This document shows, one piece after another, positions 27,299 through 36,803 of a stretch of 64,000 bases of DNA. How positions within the stretch are numbered: position 1 is the first letter of the stretch; each line of letters starts with the position of its first letter. Both the position numbers and the translations under genes were made by a program. The notes under the pieces were generated by a model that was not told where the DNA came from, made no database searches, and saw nothing but the letters and a program-made list of their open reading frames with translations. The DNA lies in the IMG/VR virus record IMGVR_UViG_3300046792_000297, positions 39,955-103,954 of that record; one strand, written 5' to 3'. This DNA is from a virus.

Positions 27299-28732
27299 AT
27301 GTCTACCAACCCGCAGCCGCTCTCGATCATTGCGGATGTTATCGTCGTCGTCTCCTCCCCGCAGGTCAATGGCCCGCCCTTCAACCAGGGACTGTTCATC
27401 GGGTCTACGCCAGGCACCATCCCGAGCTACGGCGTCAACCCGCGCGTGCGCCAGTACCTGGCCGCGACCTTCAGCGATGAAATGCAGGGGGACGGTTATG
27501 CGGACGATGACCCGGAGTTCCTCTGCGCCCAGTTGTACTTCTCTCAGTCGCCCGCGCCGCAGGCGGTGTGGATCGGGTGTCAGGACGCCACGGCGATCAA
27601 GACTGCCGTGCCGACGCCAGCCAACCTGGGCACCGGCTACGTGCTGGGCGACATCATCGGGGTGACGCAAACTAGCGCCAGCTTTGGGCAGTTACGCGTC
27701 AGCCAGGTGGGCACTAATGGATCGGTGACGGGCCTGGCCACCATCGCCGGGCAGCAAGGCACACACTACGCGATTGGCACGGGGCTCGCCACGACCGGCG
27801 GCAGCGGCGTGGGCCTGAAGGTGGATGTTACGGCTGTAGGTGAATCGCCGCTCAGTGCATTACAAGCCTGCCGCCTGGCCAGTGGAGCCTGGTACTGCTG
27901 CATGTTTGCGGAACCCATGACCTCGGCGGATGTCGAAGCCGTGTCGGCCTGGGTGCAAAGCCAGGTCGGCACCTTCTTCTTCCACACCACCCAAGACTCC
28001 GACTCGCTCAACGGCATCCGGCCCAACCTGCTGACCACGCTGTTCGGAGCCAACAGCCGCCGGACCTGGGTGCAGTGGGCCAGTACGCAGAATAATGTTT
28101 ATCCCAGCCAGATTTACTTCACTGCCGCCGTGATGGGCTGCGCGATGGCCGCTAACACGCAACTGGCGGGCTCCTCGTACACCATGAAGTTTTCGGCGGG
28201 CGTGCCGTTGATTGGCGTCTATACCGAGCCGCTGACCCACACCCAGATTCAGAACATCGAGGGTATCGACACCGACCAGGGACCGAACGGCAACCTGTAC
28301 ATCAACTACGCCAACTCTTATCAGATTCTGGAGCAGGGCACCTGCTCGGCTCCCGGCCAGTTCTTCGACGAGATACTGGGGCTCGACGTGCTGGCTTCGA
28401 ATATCCAATACAACGTGCTCAACGTGCTGACGTCGAAGCCCAAGGTTCCGCAGACCGAGCCTGGCCAGGCGCAACTCGAACAGGCGGTGGAAGCGGCAGT
28501 CGCGCAGTCCGCCTCGACCGGCTTCATCGGGCCAGGTATCTGGAACGGCACGCAGGTGCTCAAGCTCACACCGGGCACGGCGCTGCCGCTGGGCTACATG
28601 GTGCAGTCGGATCGCTATGCCAACCAAAACGCCGCCGACCGGCAGCTTCGCAAGGCCATGCCCATCTACGTGACGGTGATCCTGGCCGGGGCCGTCCACT
28701 TCGTGACCATAGCGGTATTAGTACAGCGTTGA
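27299..28732 (+). CDS. Contractile tail sheath (DUF3383)
   Basis: PE...A..YFSQ.P.P, WY, FFDE..GLD.L...IQ, KVPQT..G, DR..RK..PI...LAGA.H. Confidence 0.92.
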   Translation: MSTNPQPLSIIADVIVVVSSPQVNGPPFNQGLFIGSTPGTIPSYGVNPRVRQYLAATFSDEMQGDGYADDDPEFLCAQLYFSQSPAPQAVWIGCQDATAIKTAVPTPANLGTGYVLGDIIGVTQTSASFGQLRVSQVGTNGSVTGLATIAGQQGTHYAIGTGLATTGGSGVGLKVDVTAVGESPLSALQACRLASGAWYCCMFAEPMTSADVEAVSAWVQSQVGTFFFHTTQDSDSLNGIRPNLLTTLFGANSRRTWVQWASTQNNVYPSQIYFTAAVMGCAMAANTQLAGSSYTMKFSAGVPLIGVYTEPLTHTQIQNIEGIDTDQGPNGNLYINYANSYQILEQGTCSAPGQFFDEILGLDVLASNIQYNVLNVLTSKPKVPQTEPGQAQLEQAVEAAVAQSASTGFIGPGIWNGTQVLKLTPGTALPLGYMVQSDRYANQNAADRQLRKAMPIYVTVILAGAVHFVTIAVLVQR

Positions 28733-28763
28733 CCTACTCGAATCTCCGAAAGGGGCATGACCT

Positions 28764-29204
28764 ATGAGCACTTACGCGTTCAAGAATATCGTGGGCTCCT
28801 TCTCGCACCCGGACTTGGGCGTCTACCCCTTCGCCGGTCAACAGGGAGTCAAGACCATCACCATTGTCAACACGGTGGATCGCGGCGTGCTCGACGTGGC
28901 CTCCGACGGCGGAATCATGATCAGCTACGTGGCGGGCGCGAACGGGTCGGCGGACATCGAGATGCAGCAGCAGTCCACCCTGCACATCTTCCTGACCAAC
29001 TGGGCCAACTTCGTGTTTACGATGGCCGAAACCGGCGACCTGTTCAACTTTGCGGCGGCGGCGCTCAAGATCAAGGACCTGCTGACCGGCGAACAGAAGG
29101 TGCTGACCGGCGTGTTCCCGCTCAAGATTCCCGACGTGCCCTACGGCAACGTGGGTGGCAACGTCACCTGGCGGATGTTGGCGGCCAACGTTACCAACCA
29201 GTAG
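28764..29204 (+). CDS. Tail tube (DUF3277-like)
   Basis: TY.F, DG...S...G, Q.S...L, K.PD..Y...G..V.W; follows the sheath gene. Confidence 0.85.
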   Translation: MSTYAFKNIVGSFSHPDLGVYPFAGQQGVKTITIVNTVDRGVLDVASDGGIMISYVAGANGSADIEMQQQSTLHIFLTNWANFVFTMAETGDLFNFAAAALKIKDLLTGEQKVLTGVFPLKIPDVPYGNVGGNVTWRMLAANVTNQ

Positions 29205-29213
29205 CCGGTGCCT

Positions 29214-29372
29214 ATGCTAACGACCACTACTCGCCTCTACGTCGCGTCGCGTGGGCAGCGCCGCCCCCCGGTGGACCCTGGTGCCAGGGTGGTGGGAGTG
29301 GCGATACTGTTGGCACTGGCCGAACTCGTGCTCGCGGTCGGCATCTATCTGCTAGCGAGACACTTTTCGTGA
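29214..29372 (+). CDS. Possible 52-aa single-TM peptide
   Basis: Hand-translated ORF with VVGVAILLALAELVLAVGIYLL; weak RBS. Confidence 0.4.
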   Translation: MLTTTTRLYVASRGQRRPPVDPGARVVGVAILLALAELVLAVGIYLLARHFS

Positions 29373-29394
29373 AGCATAAACTCAAGGAGAATTC

Positions 29395-29754
29395 ATGCCC
29401 AAGCAAACCCTGGAACCGCTCAACCTGGGCTCCATTGCGCGAGGCGCGGCCCTGGAGTTGTTTACCCTCGAACTGGCTCGCGTAGCCGCCAACATCAACG
29501 ACCGCTCTACGTCGCCGACCGCGACCCGCGAGATTGTGCTGCGCTTCAAGTTCAAGCCTGACGACGAGCGGCGCAGTATCGAAGTGACCACATCGGCGTC
29601 CAGCCGCATCGCGCCGGTCGATAACCACCAGAGCCGGGTCTACCTGGGCCGCGACGAGGCGGGCAACGCCTACGTGTTCGATACCGATCCGCGCCAGGAG
29701 ATGCTGTTCGAGCCGCCCGTGCCCAGCGAGAACGTCATATCCTTCAAACAGTAA
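29395..29754 (+). CDS. Conserved phage protein (YfdP-like partner of DUF2303 proteins)
   Basis: AAGGAG RBS; G...E.F..EL..V..NI.D..T.....R.I......KP...R pattern. Confidence 0.65.
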   Translation: MPKQTLEPLNLGSIARGAALELFTLELARVAANINDRSTSPTATREIVLRFKFKPDDERRSIEVTTSASSRIAPVDNHQSRVYLGRDEAGNAYVFDTDPRQEMLFEPPVPSENVISFKQ

Positions 29755-29759
29755 GGAGG

Positions 29760-30542
29760 ATGGGAATGCTCAAGGAAGCCATTCAGGAACTGGTGCAACT
29801 GGCCAGGCAGAATCAGGAACTGCCGACTATCCAGGCGCTCAACCTGGAGTTTGACGGCGAGTCGGCGGAGTATGAAGCGGAGATCGAGCCGACTGCGCAC
29901 GGGCGCAAGCTGGGCAAGATCATCCAGCCCTTCCGGCCCGCCCGGCTCGAAGTGAGCACCATCACCGGCTTCCTCGATGCCATCGAGGCGGGTGTGGTGG
30001 GCGAACTGAACACGCGCCTGGTGCACGTCGAGGACTACCTGACCGTGTCGGTCAAGACGGTGGCCTGCGACCAGTATGGCGTGCGCAACACCTTGCTAGT
30101 GGCCAAGCACCACCCCATCGACGCGTTCACGTTCGACCAATACTACACCGACCCGGCGCGGTTCATCATCGCCCTGCAAGTCGCCTTCCTGCCCACCGAG
30201 GAGTTGCTCTATCTGATCAAGATCGCCTCCAACCTCAAGGCGGGCAAGTCGCTGCACGTGCAGGATGACGGATTCTCGCAGTCGATCACCGTGAAGACCG
30301 GCGAGGTCCAAGCCGCCGAGGTCAAGATACCGCCGCGCATCAAGCTGGTGCCGCTGCGCAGCTTCCCCGAAGTGGCTCCGGTGACCGGCGAGTTCCTGAT
30401 CCGCTTCAAGCAGACCAGCGAGGAGACGCCCGCCATCGCGTTGTTCAATGTGGACGGCTCGAAGTGGCAGGGCGAGACCATGCGGGCCATCAAGGCGTAC
30501 CTGGACGAGCGCCTGACCGACATCAAAGCGATCCTGGCCTGA
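29760..30542 (+). CDS. DUF2303/YfdQ-like phage protein
   Basis: FII.LQ..F, DDG.SQ....K.G, L.P.R.F.EV, ALF..DG..W motifs. Confidence 0.65.
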   Translation: MGMLKEAIQELVQLARQNQELPTIQALNLEFDGESAEYEAEIEPTAHGRKLGKIIQPFRPARLEVSTITGFLDAIEAGVVGELNTRLVHVEDYLTVSVKTVACDQYGVRNTLLVAKHHPIDAFTFDQYYTDPARFIIALQVAFLPTEELLYLIKIASNLKAGKSLHVQDDGFSQSITVKTGEVQAAEVKIPPRIKLVPLRSFPEVAPVTGEFLIRFKQTSEETPAIALFNVDGSKWQGETMRAIKAYLDERLTDIKAILA

Positions 30543-30551
30543 GTTTGAACC

Positions 30552-30586
30552 AACGGGGCGGCCTGGCTGGCTGTCCCGTTCTTTTT
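30552..30586 (+). terminator. Rho-independent terminator-like hairpin
   Basis: aacggggcggcc-tggct-ggctgtcccgtt stem (G-U pairs) followed by cttttt. Confidence 0.65.
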
Positions 30587-30598
30587 CGGAAGGTGCCT

Positions 30599-31024
30599 GT
30601 GGAACTGCGCGTTAGCTATCAGGATGTCACCATCGAGGACCACGTGTTCCGGCTGCGCAAGATGGACGCGCGGACCGGCACCTGGCTCTACTCGTTGCTG
30701 TCGGCCAAGGCCAGCCCGACCGGCGAGCCGGTCACGCTGATGCAGCTAATCTCCGCCTTTCACTTGTCCAGCAAGGACGAGTACGGGCTGATCCAGCAGG
30801 AAGTGCTCAAGCGCACCTACCTGCTGGAAGACCTGGAGGGCAAGCAGTTCGAGTCGGCCATTGTCGCGCCCAACGGCACGGGCTTCTCGTTCGACTTCCT
30901 GACCTACGACACGGGAGCCATCTTCCAGTTGACCGACCTGGGGGTAATCTACAACGTCTCCCCTTTTTTTCCCGACCGCGCATCGAGTTCGCCGCCGCCG
31001 CCGAACCCCACTGGGAGCCGGTAG
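30599..31024 (+). CDS. Tail assembly chaperone (G-like)
   Basis: GTG after GGAAGG; upstream of tape measure; ends N.SPFF over a slippery run. Confidence 0.78.
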   Translation: MELRVSYQDVTIEDHVFRLRKMDARTGTWLYSLLSAKASPTGEPVTLMQLISAFHLSSKDEYGLIQQEVLKRTYLLEDLEGKQFESAIVAPNGTGFSFDFLTYDTGAIFQLTDLGVIYNVSPFFPDRASSSPPPPNPTGSR

Positions 31025-31203
31025 ACTACCGCACGCTCAACGCCACGCTGATGCGCCCGGTCGCGGCGGGCATGTGGAAGCTGCGCGAAAGCTTCGACGG
31101 CACCTACACGGTCGATGACCTGCTGGACATCTGCGAAGTGATGGACCTGCAAATCGAGAACCGCGCCCGCCAGGAGCAGTGGCTGGACCGGCAAAGAAAA
31201 TAA
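30961..31203 (+). other. Programmed -1 frameshift site and GT-like chaperone extension
   Basis: C CCT TTT TTT at 30961-30970; the -1 frame is open to TAA 31201-31203 and encodes RPV..G...L.E..DGTY..DDL...E..D...EN. Confidence 0.8.
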
Positions 31204-31222
31204 TCATTGTTGGGGTGACTCG

Positions 31223-32953
31223 ATGGCCAGTGCAGCCGGGGCGGGCATGAACGTAATCGAGTCCTACCTGGTCAAGCTGGGCTCCAGCATCGACGTGGGC
31301 TCGTTCAACAAGTTCCAGAGCACGCTCACCCAGGCCAACAACCAGGTGGCCTCGATGACCTCGGGGGCGGTCAAGGACTTCATTAAGCTGGAAGGCGCGA
31401 TCCTGGGCACCTTCACGGCCATCGGCGGCGGCCTGATCACGATGGCCGACCACGCGGCGATGGCCGACCAGAGTTACCGGCTGCTGGGTATGCGGATGCT
31501 GATGTCCAAGGACGCAGCCCGCTCCATGCAGATGGCGCTCGACACGCTGGGCATCACGCTCGACGAAGCCACCTACGACGAGGAATCCAACAAACGCTTC
31601 ATCGACCTGATGGAGCGCAACCGCAAGATGGGCGAGGCGCTCGGCCCGCTGTTCGACAAGGACATGCGCGGCATCCGCGACATCCGCACGGAGATCAAGC
31701 AGTTCGGCACCGAGTTGGACTTCCTGATGTACGGCACGGTGGACAAGCTCTACCAGAAGCTGGGCTTCGGCAGCGGCGACGCGCTGGCCGACATCAAGCG
31801 ACTGAGCAACCAGTTCGCCGACGACATTCCCATGTGGGCGGACAAGATGTCCACCGTGCTGATGCCCGTCTGGACCGACTTCACCAAGATCATGTATGGC
31901 CTGAAGGATGATGCGTCTTCGGCGGGACTGGCCTTCACCAACATCGTGGGCACGCTGACCGGCGACCAGAGCATCAAGGGCACCACGTTCGACGTAGAGA
32001 AGCTGGGCAAGGCGCTCGACCACGTGGCCGATGGGTTGACCAACGTCACCGTGCTGAGCGAGAAGGCGTTCAAGTGGGTGGTCGATAAACTGCCGGGGGC
32101 GGTCGACAAGACCAAGGGCTTCCTCGACAAGCTGTACGCCAGCCAGTTCGGCGGCGAACAACTGGTCACTCCCGGTCAAGTATGGGACGCCACCAAGGGA
32201 GCCAGCAAGTCAGTCTTTAACTGGAGTAAGCGCACGAATTGGAAGGACTACTTCAACCCGTTCTACGCCGGGCCTACGGGCACCAACATGGGCGGCCCTT
32301 CGCTGCCGCAGCTTGACCTGAACAGCATAACGACCAGTGGCGACCTGTTGCCGCTGATCCGGCAGAGTCAGGCCGGGGGCGGAGGCACCGCCGCGACGTC
32401 AATCGACTTTCATGGACTGCTGAGCAAGAAAGCAGTCGACAAGCAAACGCTGTCCGACATGATCAACAAGGCGGCCCAGGAAACCGGGCTCGATCCCCGG
32501 CTGATCGCGGCGGTGATGACCGTCGAGAGCCACGGCGACCCCGGCATCGTCAACCCGGATAGCGGGGCGACCGGCTTGATGCAACTCATGCCCGGCACCG
32601 CCAAACGCTATGGCGTGGCGGACATGACCGACCCGTGGTCGAACCTCGAAGCCGGGTCTAAGGAACTGGCTCGCTTCATCAATCTCAACCAGGGCGACCT
32701 CGGCAAAGGATTGGGCGGCTTCGGCGGCTTCGTGACCAAGGACCCGGAGGGCTATATCGCCAAGGTGGTCGACGCCTACCGCCAGGAGGGCGGCGGCGAA
32801 ATGGAGAAGCAGGTCAACATCCAGAACTTCACCATCCAAATGCCACCCGGCTCGCCCGACCAAAATGTGCAGTTCGTCCAAGACGTGCTCAAGAAGCTGC
32901 AACGCGACAGCGTGGTGCGGCTGGGGCAGGCGATGGGAGGTCCGTTCGGATAA
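31223..32953 (+). CDS. Tape measure protein with lytic transglycosylase (SLT) domain
   Basis: IESYLVKLG start, helical middle, AV..VES.G...SGA.GLMQLMP.TA. Confidence 0.88.
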   Translation: MASAAGAGMNVIESYLVKLGSSIDVGSFNKFQSTLTQANNQVASMTSGAVKDFIKLEGAILGTFTAIGGGLITMADHAAMADQSYRLLGMRMLMSKDAARSMQMALDTLGITLDEATYDEESNKRFIDLMERNRKMGEALGPLFDKDMRGIRDIRTEIKQFGTELDFLMYGTVDKLYQKLGFGSGDALADIKRLSNQFADDIPMWADKMSTVLMPVWTDFTKIMYGLKDDASSAGLAFTNIVGTLTGDQSIKGTTFDVEKLGKALDHVADGLTNVTVLSEKAFKWVVDKLPGAVDKTKGFLDKLYASQFGGEQLVTPGQVWDATKGASKSVFNWSKRTNWKDYFNPFYAGPTGTNMGGPSLPQLDLNSITTSGDLLPLIRQSQAGGGGTAATSIDFHGLLSKKAVDKQTLSDMINKAAQETGLDPRLIAAVMTVESHGDPGIVNPDSGATGLMQLMPGTAKRYGVADMTDPWSNLEAGSKELARFINLNQGDLGKGLGGFGGFVTKDPEGYIAKVVDAYRQEGGGEMEKQVNIQNFTIQMPPGSPDQNVQFVQDVLKKLQRDSVVRLGQAMGGPFG

Positions 32954-32957
32954 ACTT

Positions 32958-33833
32958 ATGGCCACCGGAATCATTGTTCCCAACCTGCTCGAACTGGCGT
33001 ACAGCATCTCTACTCCCATCCTGGTTAACCGGCTGAGCGCCTCCACGCGAGCCGAAATCCAGCGGTACGACTGGAGCAACCTGGCTACGCCTGGGCCTTG
33101 GAAGCCGCCGCAATGGTCGCAACCCGCCTTGACTGTTATCAGCCTGCCGCAAACGCCCGAGCAGATCGCGCAGACCCAGCAGGCCATCGAGATCGCGGGC
33201 GATGATACCCTGGCGGCCAACACGCTGGCGGCGGCCAAGAATAATTATGTGTTCGACGCGGTGATCCGGGCCAGCCACCGCCGCGTGCTGAAGAAGACTC
33301 AGCACCCGGTCCTGAGCGGAGCCAACATCTCCGACCACGCCTACATGGAGCCCGCGCGGCTCACGCTGGAGATCGGCATGAGCGACGTGATGGCGTCCTT
33401 CGTGACCGGCCACGAACGCTGGACCGGCTGGGGCACCAAGAGCGTGTCGGCCTGGCGGATCATGAAGCAGTGGATGATCAACCGCACGCTGCTGACGGTG
33501 CAGACGCGGCTCGACACCTACTACAACATGCTGATCGAGGATTGCTCCACGCAGGACGACAACCGGACCCTGCACGGCCTGCGGGCCACGGTGGTGTTCG
33601 GCGAATTGATTGCGGCTACCGCCGAATCGCAAAGCATCGTGAGCGCCCGGCCCCAGACCAGCGATGACAGCCCGGCGGGCGCGATCCAGGGCACGCCGAT
33701 CAGCCCAGACCAGCTTTCGCAGCACATGATTCCCTCGCTGGCTTATCCCGCTGCGATGCCCAATCCGTTCGTGCCCGGCGCGGGTGACGTGAGCAGCATC
33801 AACCTCAGTGCTCTACCGGTAGGCGGCAGATGA
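32958..33833 (+). CDS. Baseplate/tube initiator (Dit-like)
   Basis: FDAV...H.....T.HPV..GANISDHAY..P..L...IGMSD. Confidence 0.8.
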   Translation: MATGIIVPNLLELAYSISTPILVNRLSASTRAEIQRYDWSNLATPGPWKPPQWSQPALTVISLPQTPEQIAQTQQAIEIAGDDTLAANTLAAAKNNYVFDAVIRASHRRVLKKTQHPVLSGANISDHAYMEPARLTLEIGMSDVMASFVTGHERWTGWGTKSVSAWRIMKQWMINRTLLTVQTRLDTYYNMLIEDCSTQDDNRTLHGLRATVVFGELIAATAESQSIVSARPQTSDDSPAGAIQGTPISPDQLSQHMIPSLAYPAAMPNPFVPGAGDVSSINLSALPVGGR

Positions 33834-34255
33834 GCCTTCAGGCCGTGTCGGTGTCGAATGCGCCACGTCAATCCTTCAAGGCGCTACTCCTGGTGGATAA
33901 CCGGGCGCTCACGCTCAACCTGGCCATCACCTACAACGAGATGGCGGGTTACTGGGTGCTGAGAATTTCCGACGTGAACAACCAGGTGTTGGTGGATTCC
34001 ATCCCCATGCTGACCGGCGAGTATCCGGCAGCCAACCTGCTCGAACAACACCAGTACCTGGGCATCGGCAGCGCCTACCTGGTCGACATCTCCAACATCA
34101 GCTTGAGCACGCCAGTCGCTTCCATAGGCTATGGCGAGGGCGGCTATGGCCTGGGAGGTTACGGCGGCACGGGACTCAAAGAGGGCGGCATCGTCTATCC
34201 CAACCAGAGCAACCTGGGCACCGACTTCCACTTGTGGTGGGGGGATACGCCATGA
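33830..34255 (+). CDS. Baseplate plug-like protein
   Basis: YN..AGYW...I.D, IP...G...NLL.Q..YL.IG, LG.DF.L.W. Confidence 0.75.
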   Translation: MSLQAVSVSNAPRQSFKALLLVDNRALTLNLAITYNEMAGYWVLRISDVNNQVLVDSIPMLTGEYPAANLLEQHQYLGIGSAYLVDISNISLSTPVASIGYGEGGYGLGGYGGTGLKEGGIVYPNQSNLGTDFHLWWGDTP

Positions 34256-35307
34256 ACCGCTCGACCACGCCCTTCTTTGGCCGGTCCTACAAGCTGACCG
34301 TCTTTCCGGCCACCGATCCAGACAACCAGATCGTGATCTCGGGCGACGAGTGGGAGCCGGACGCGCTGCGCTTCAGTTTCGAAATCGAGCAAGTGGCTTA
34401 TGCGAAGGGAGGTTCCTTCTGGTACGCGGAGATCGACATCTACAACTGCGACGGCACCATCGCCTATGGTCCTTCGGCGGGCAAGACGCTGATTGCCGAC
34501 CTGCTGACCGAGAATTCGAAGGTGCGGGTGCAGGCGGGCTACCAGGCAGACGGCGAGCCCATCGCCATCTGGGAGGGCATTCTCTACCAGGCGCTTTGGG
34601 AGCGGGTGAATGTTACGGACTTCAAGCTGACCCTGCGCTGCACGATGGCTCGCGGCCTGCCGAACTTCGTCAAAGCCAACATAGACCCGTACAAGACGTT
34701 AGCCGAGCAGGTAAAGAAAATCGCGGAAAGCTCCATCACGCCCATCGGCGTGACCGACTCGCAATTGCATGTGTTGGGTGGCCCCAGGCTGGCGCGAAGC
34801 AAGACGGTCTATGGGAACCCCAACCGTTATTTGTCGCAGGTGGCGGCCTCCGCCCAGGTGCCCAATTGGTTTACGGCGGACAACTTTTCGCTGGCCTCGC
34901 TCCAGGGCGGCGCTCAACTGTATTACGCCCCGCCTGTATTGGGTGGCCCCGCGCCGACTCGCGAGGCGGATGGCATCACCCGTTCGCTGATCGGCAGCCC
35001 GCAGCAGACCATGCAGGGTATCCAGTTTCGGGTGCTCTTGGACTCGCGCTTGCAGATCATTTCGCCGCTGCCGGTTGTGTCGGTCGACCGGCGCTACATT
35101 CGCCAGCAGGCCATCAAGCCGCCGGTCAGCGGCTTCATGCCGCGCAAGCTGGACAACCAGGATTCCTACTACCTGGTGGGCGTGCGCCACGTGGGCGACA
35201 CGCGCGGCAACGCGTGGTATTCGGAGGCGACCTGCTGGTCGCTGATCACCGACGTCAAGCAATTGTTCTTGGGCACACCCAGCCCGGATATTGGCGAGGG
35301 AATGTGA
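34252..35307 (+). CDS. Baseplate hub protein
   Basis: F.I, A.I.IYN, V...AGY, LIG.P.QT..G, H.GDTRG..WY. Confidence 0.8.
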   Translation: MNRSTTPFFGRSYKLTVFPATDPDNQIVISGDEWEPDALRFSFEIEQVAYAKGGSFWYAEIDIYNCDGTIAYGPSAGKTLIADLLTENSKVRVQAGYQADGEPIAIWEGILYQALWERVNVTDFKLTLRCTMARGLPNFVKANIDPYKTLAEQVKKIAESSITPIGVTDSQLHVLGGPRLARSKTVYGNPNRYLSQVAASAQVPNWFTADNFSLASLQGGAQLYYAPPVLGGPAPTREADGITRSLIGSPQQTMQGIQFRVLLDSRLQIISPLPVVSVDRRYIRQQAIKPPVSGFMPRKLDNQDSYYLVGVRHVGDTRGNAWYSEATCWSLITDVKQLFLGTPSPDIGEGM

Positions 35308-35308
35308 A

Positions 35309-36403
35309 ATGCCGATTTCCATCCCCGACCGCTTTGGCGTACCCAGCGAACCCTTCGAAGTGGCCCTTTGGCAGTGGTCCTGTATGCTGCGCTGCGCCAT
35401 TCCGGCCCAGGTGGTGTCCTTCGACCCGGTCAAGCTGACCTGCGAAGTTCAGGTCATGATTCAGGAACTGGTTCGGCTGCCGCGCAAGTCGAACGATCCC
35501 AGCCCCAATCCTGGCAACACGCAGAACCTGGCCGACTGGGATACCATCCCCAACCTGCGCGACGTGCCGGTGGTGATGATGCACGCGGGCGGCTGGTCGC
35601 TCACCTTCCCGGTTGAGGCGGGCGACGAATGCCTGCTGATCTTCGCCGACGCCTGCATCGACGGTTGGTGGGAGTCGGGCAACCTGTCGGCGCAGTACGA
35701 CCGCCGCCGCCACGATCTGTCGGACGCCTTCGCCCTGTTCGGCCCCTGGTCGCAGAAGCCGAGCACCCGGCTGTACAACTACTCGACCGGCTCGATGCAG
35801 CTTCGCTCGGATGATCAGAGCGTCGTGATCGACCTGGCACCCGGCGCAATCGACATTGCCGCGCCGGTCGTCACCATTACGGCGGGCACCGTGACCCTCA
35901 CCGGAGCGTCGGCGATCCACCTGGCTGGTCCGGTCACCGTGGAGGGCTCGTTGAGCGCGACCGGCGGCATCGACGTCACTGGCACGATGACGGTCACGGG
36001 CGACATCGAGTCCATCGGCAACATTCACACCACGGGCAACATCGTGGCCGAGGGCACCATCGTGGCGGGCAGCCCCACCTTCGCGGCTACCAGGGCGGGC
36101 CAGCAGCCGGGCATGGTGGCGGCGGAACACAGCATGGTCACGCTGGGCGACATCACCGCCGAGGGCAACATCGCCGCGACCGGCAGCCTGGCGGCGGGCA
36201 CCACCATCTACGCCGCCGACGACATAAGCTCGGGGACCCACGTGCGGGCGTTGGGCGACGTGACCAGTGCCGGTCGAACGATTTCGCTGACCGATCACAT
36301 CCACAGCACGCCTCCAAATGACAAGCCCACCAGCCCACCGATCCCGCTGGTGACTGCCACGCAGCCAGCCCCGGAGCCGCCGCCAGCCGAGCCGAAGGAA
36401 TAA
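35309..36403 (+). CDS. Central spike (Gp138-like)
   Basis: P..VVSFD, DVPV....GG...TFPV..GDECLL.FAD.CID.WW, R.HDLSD; beta-helix repeats and a C-terminal HIH motif. Confidence 0.88.
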   Translation: MPISIPDRFGVPSEPFEVALWQWSCMLRCAIPAQVVSFDPVKLTCEVQVMIQELVRLPRKSNDPSPNPGNTQNLADWDTIPNLRDVPVVMMHAGGWSLTFPVEAGDECLLIFADACIDGWWESGNLSAQYDRRRHDLSDAFALFGPWSQKPSTRLYNYSTGSMQLRSDDQSVVIDLAPGAIDIAAPVVTITAGTVTLTGASAIHLAGPVTVEGSLSATGGIDVTGTMTVTGDIESIGNIHTTGNIVAEGTIVAGSPTFAATRAGQQPGMVAAEHSMVTLGDITAEGNIAATGSLAAGTTIYAADDISSGTHVRALGDVTSAGRTISLTDHIHSTPPNDKPTSPPIPLVTATQPAPEPPPAEPKE

Positions 36404-36410
36404 AGATTAT

Positions 36411-36788
36411 ATGGCCAGTCCGACCATCACCGTGCGGGCGCTGGACGCCAACTGGGAGCCGCTCCAGGGCAACGGGCAGAAGAACTTTCTCTCCGACACT
36501 GAGGCGGTGGCGCAGATCATTGCCCAGCGCCTGAAGCTGTTCCAGGGCGAGTGGTGGGAGAACCTGCTCGACGGCCTGCCCATGTTCCAGAAGATTCTGG
36601 GCGCGGGCGGCTCGCAGCGCGGCCTCCAGGTGATCGTCGAGTTGATCTCGCAGCGCATCACCGGCACGGTCTACGTCACCGGCATCAGTGCGATCTCCGC
36701 GACCTACCAGAACCGGCGCTTCGCTTTCAGCGCTACGGTCGAAACCCAGTTCGGCACCGTCTTCCTGGGCACCACGCCACCAGCTTAA
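36411..36788 (+). CDS. Baseplate wedge / sheath initiator
   Basis: R.LD...G.G..F, VAQ.I..RL.LF.GEWW...G.P. Confidence 0.8.
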   Translation: MASPTITVRALDANWEPLQGNGQKNFLSDTEAVAQIIAQRLKLFQGEWWENLLDGLPMFQKILGAGGSQRGLQVIVELISQRITGTVYVTGISAISATYQNRRFAFSATVETQFGTVFLGTTPPA

Positions 36789-36803
36789 AGGTCGGGGGAA
36801 TCC

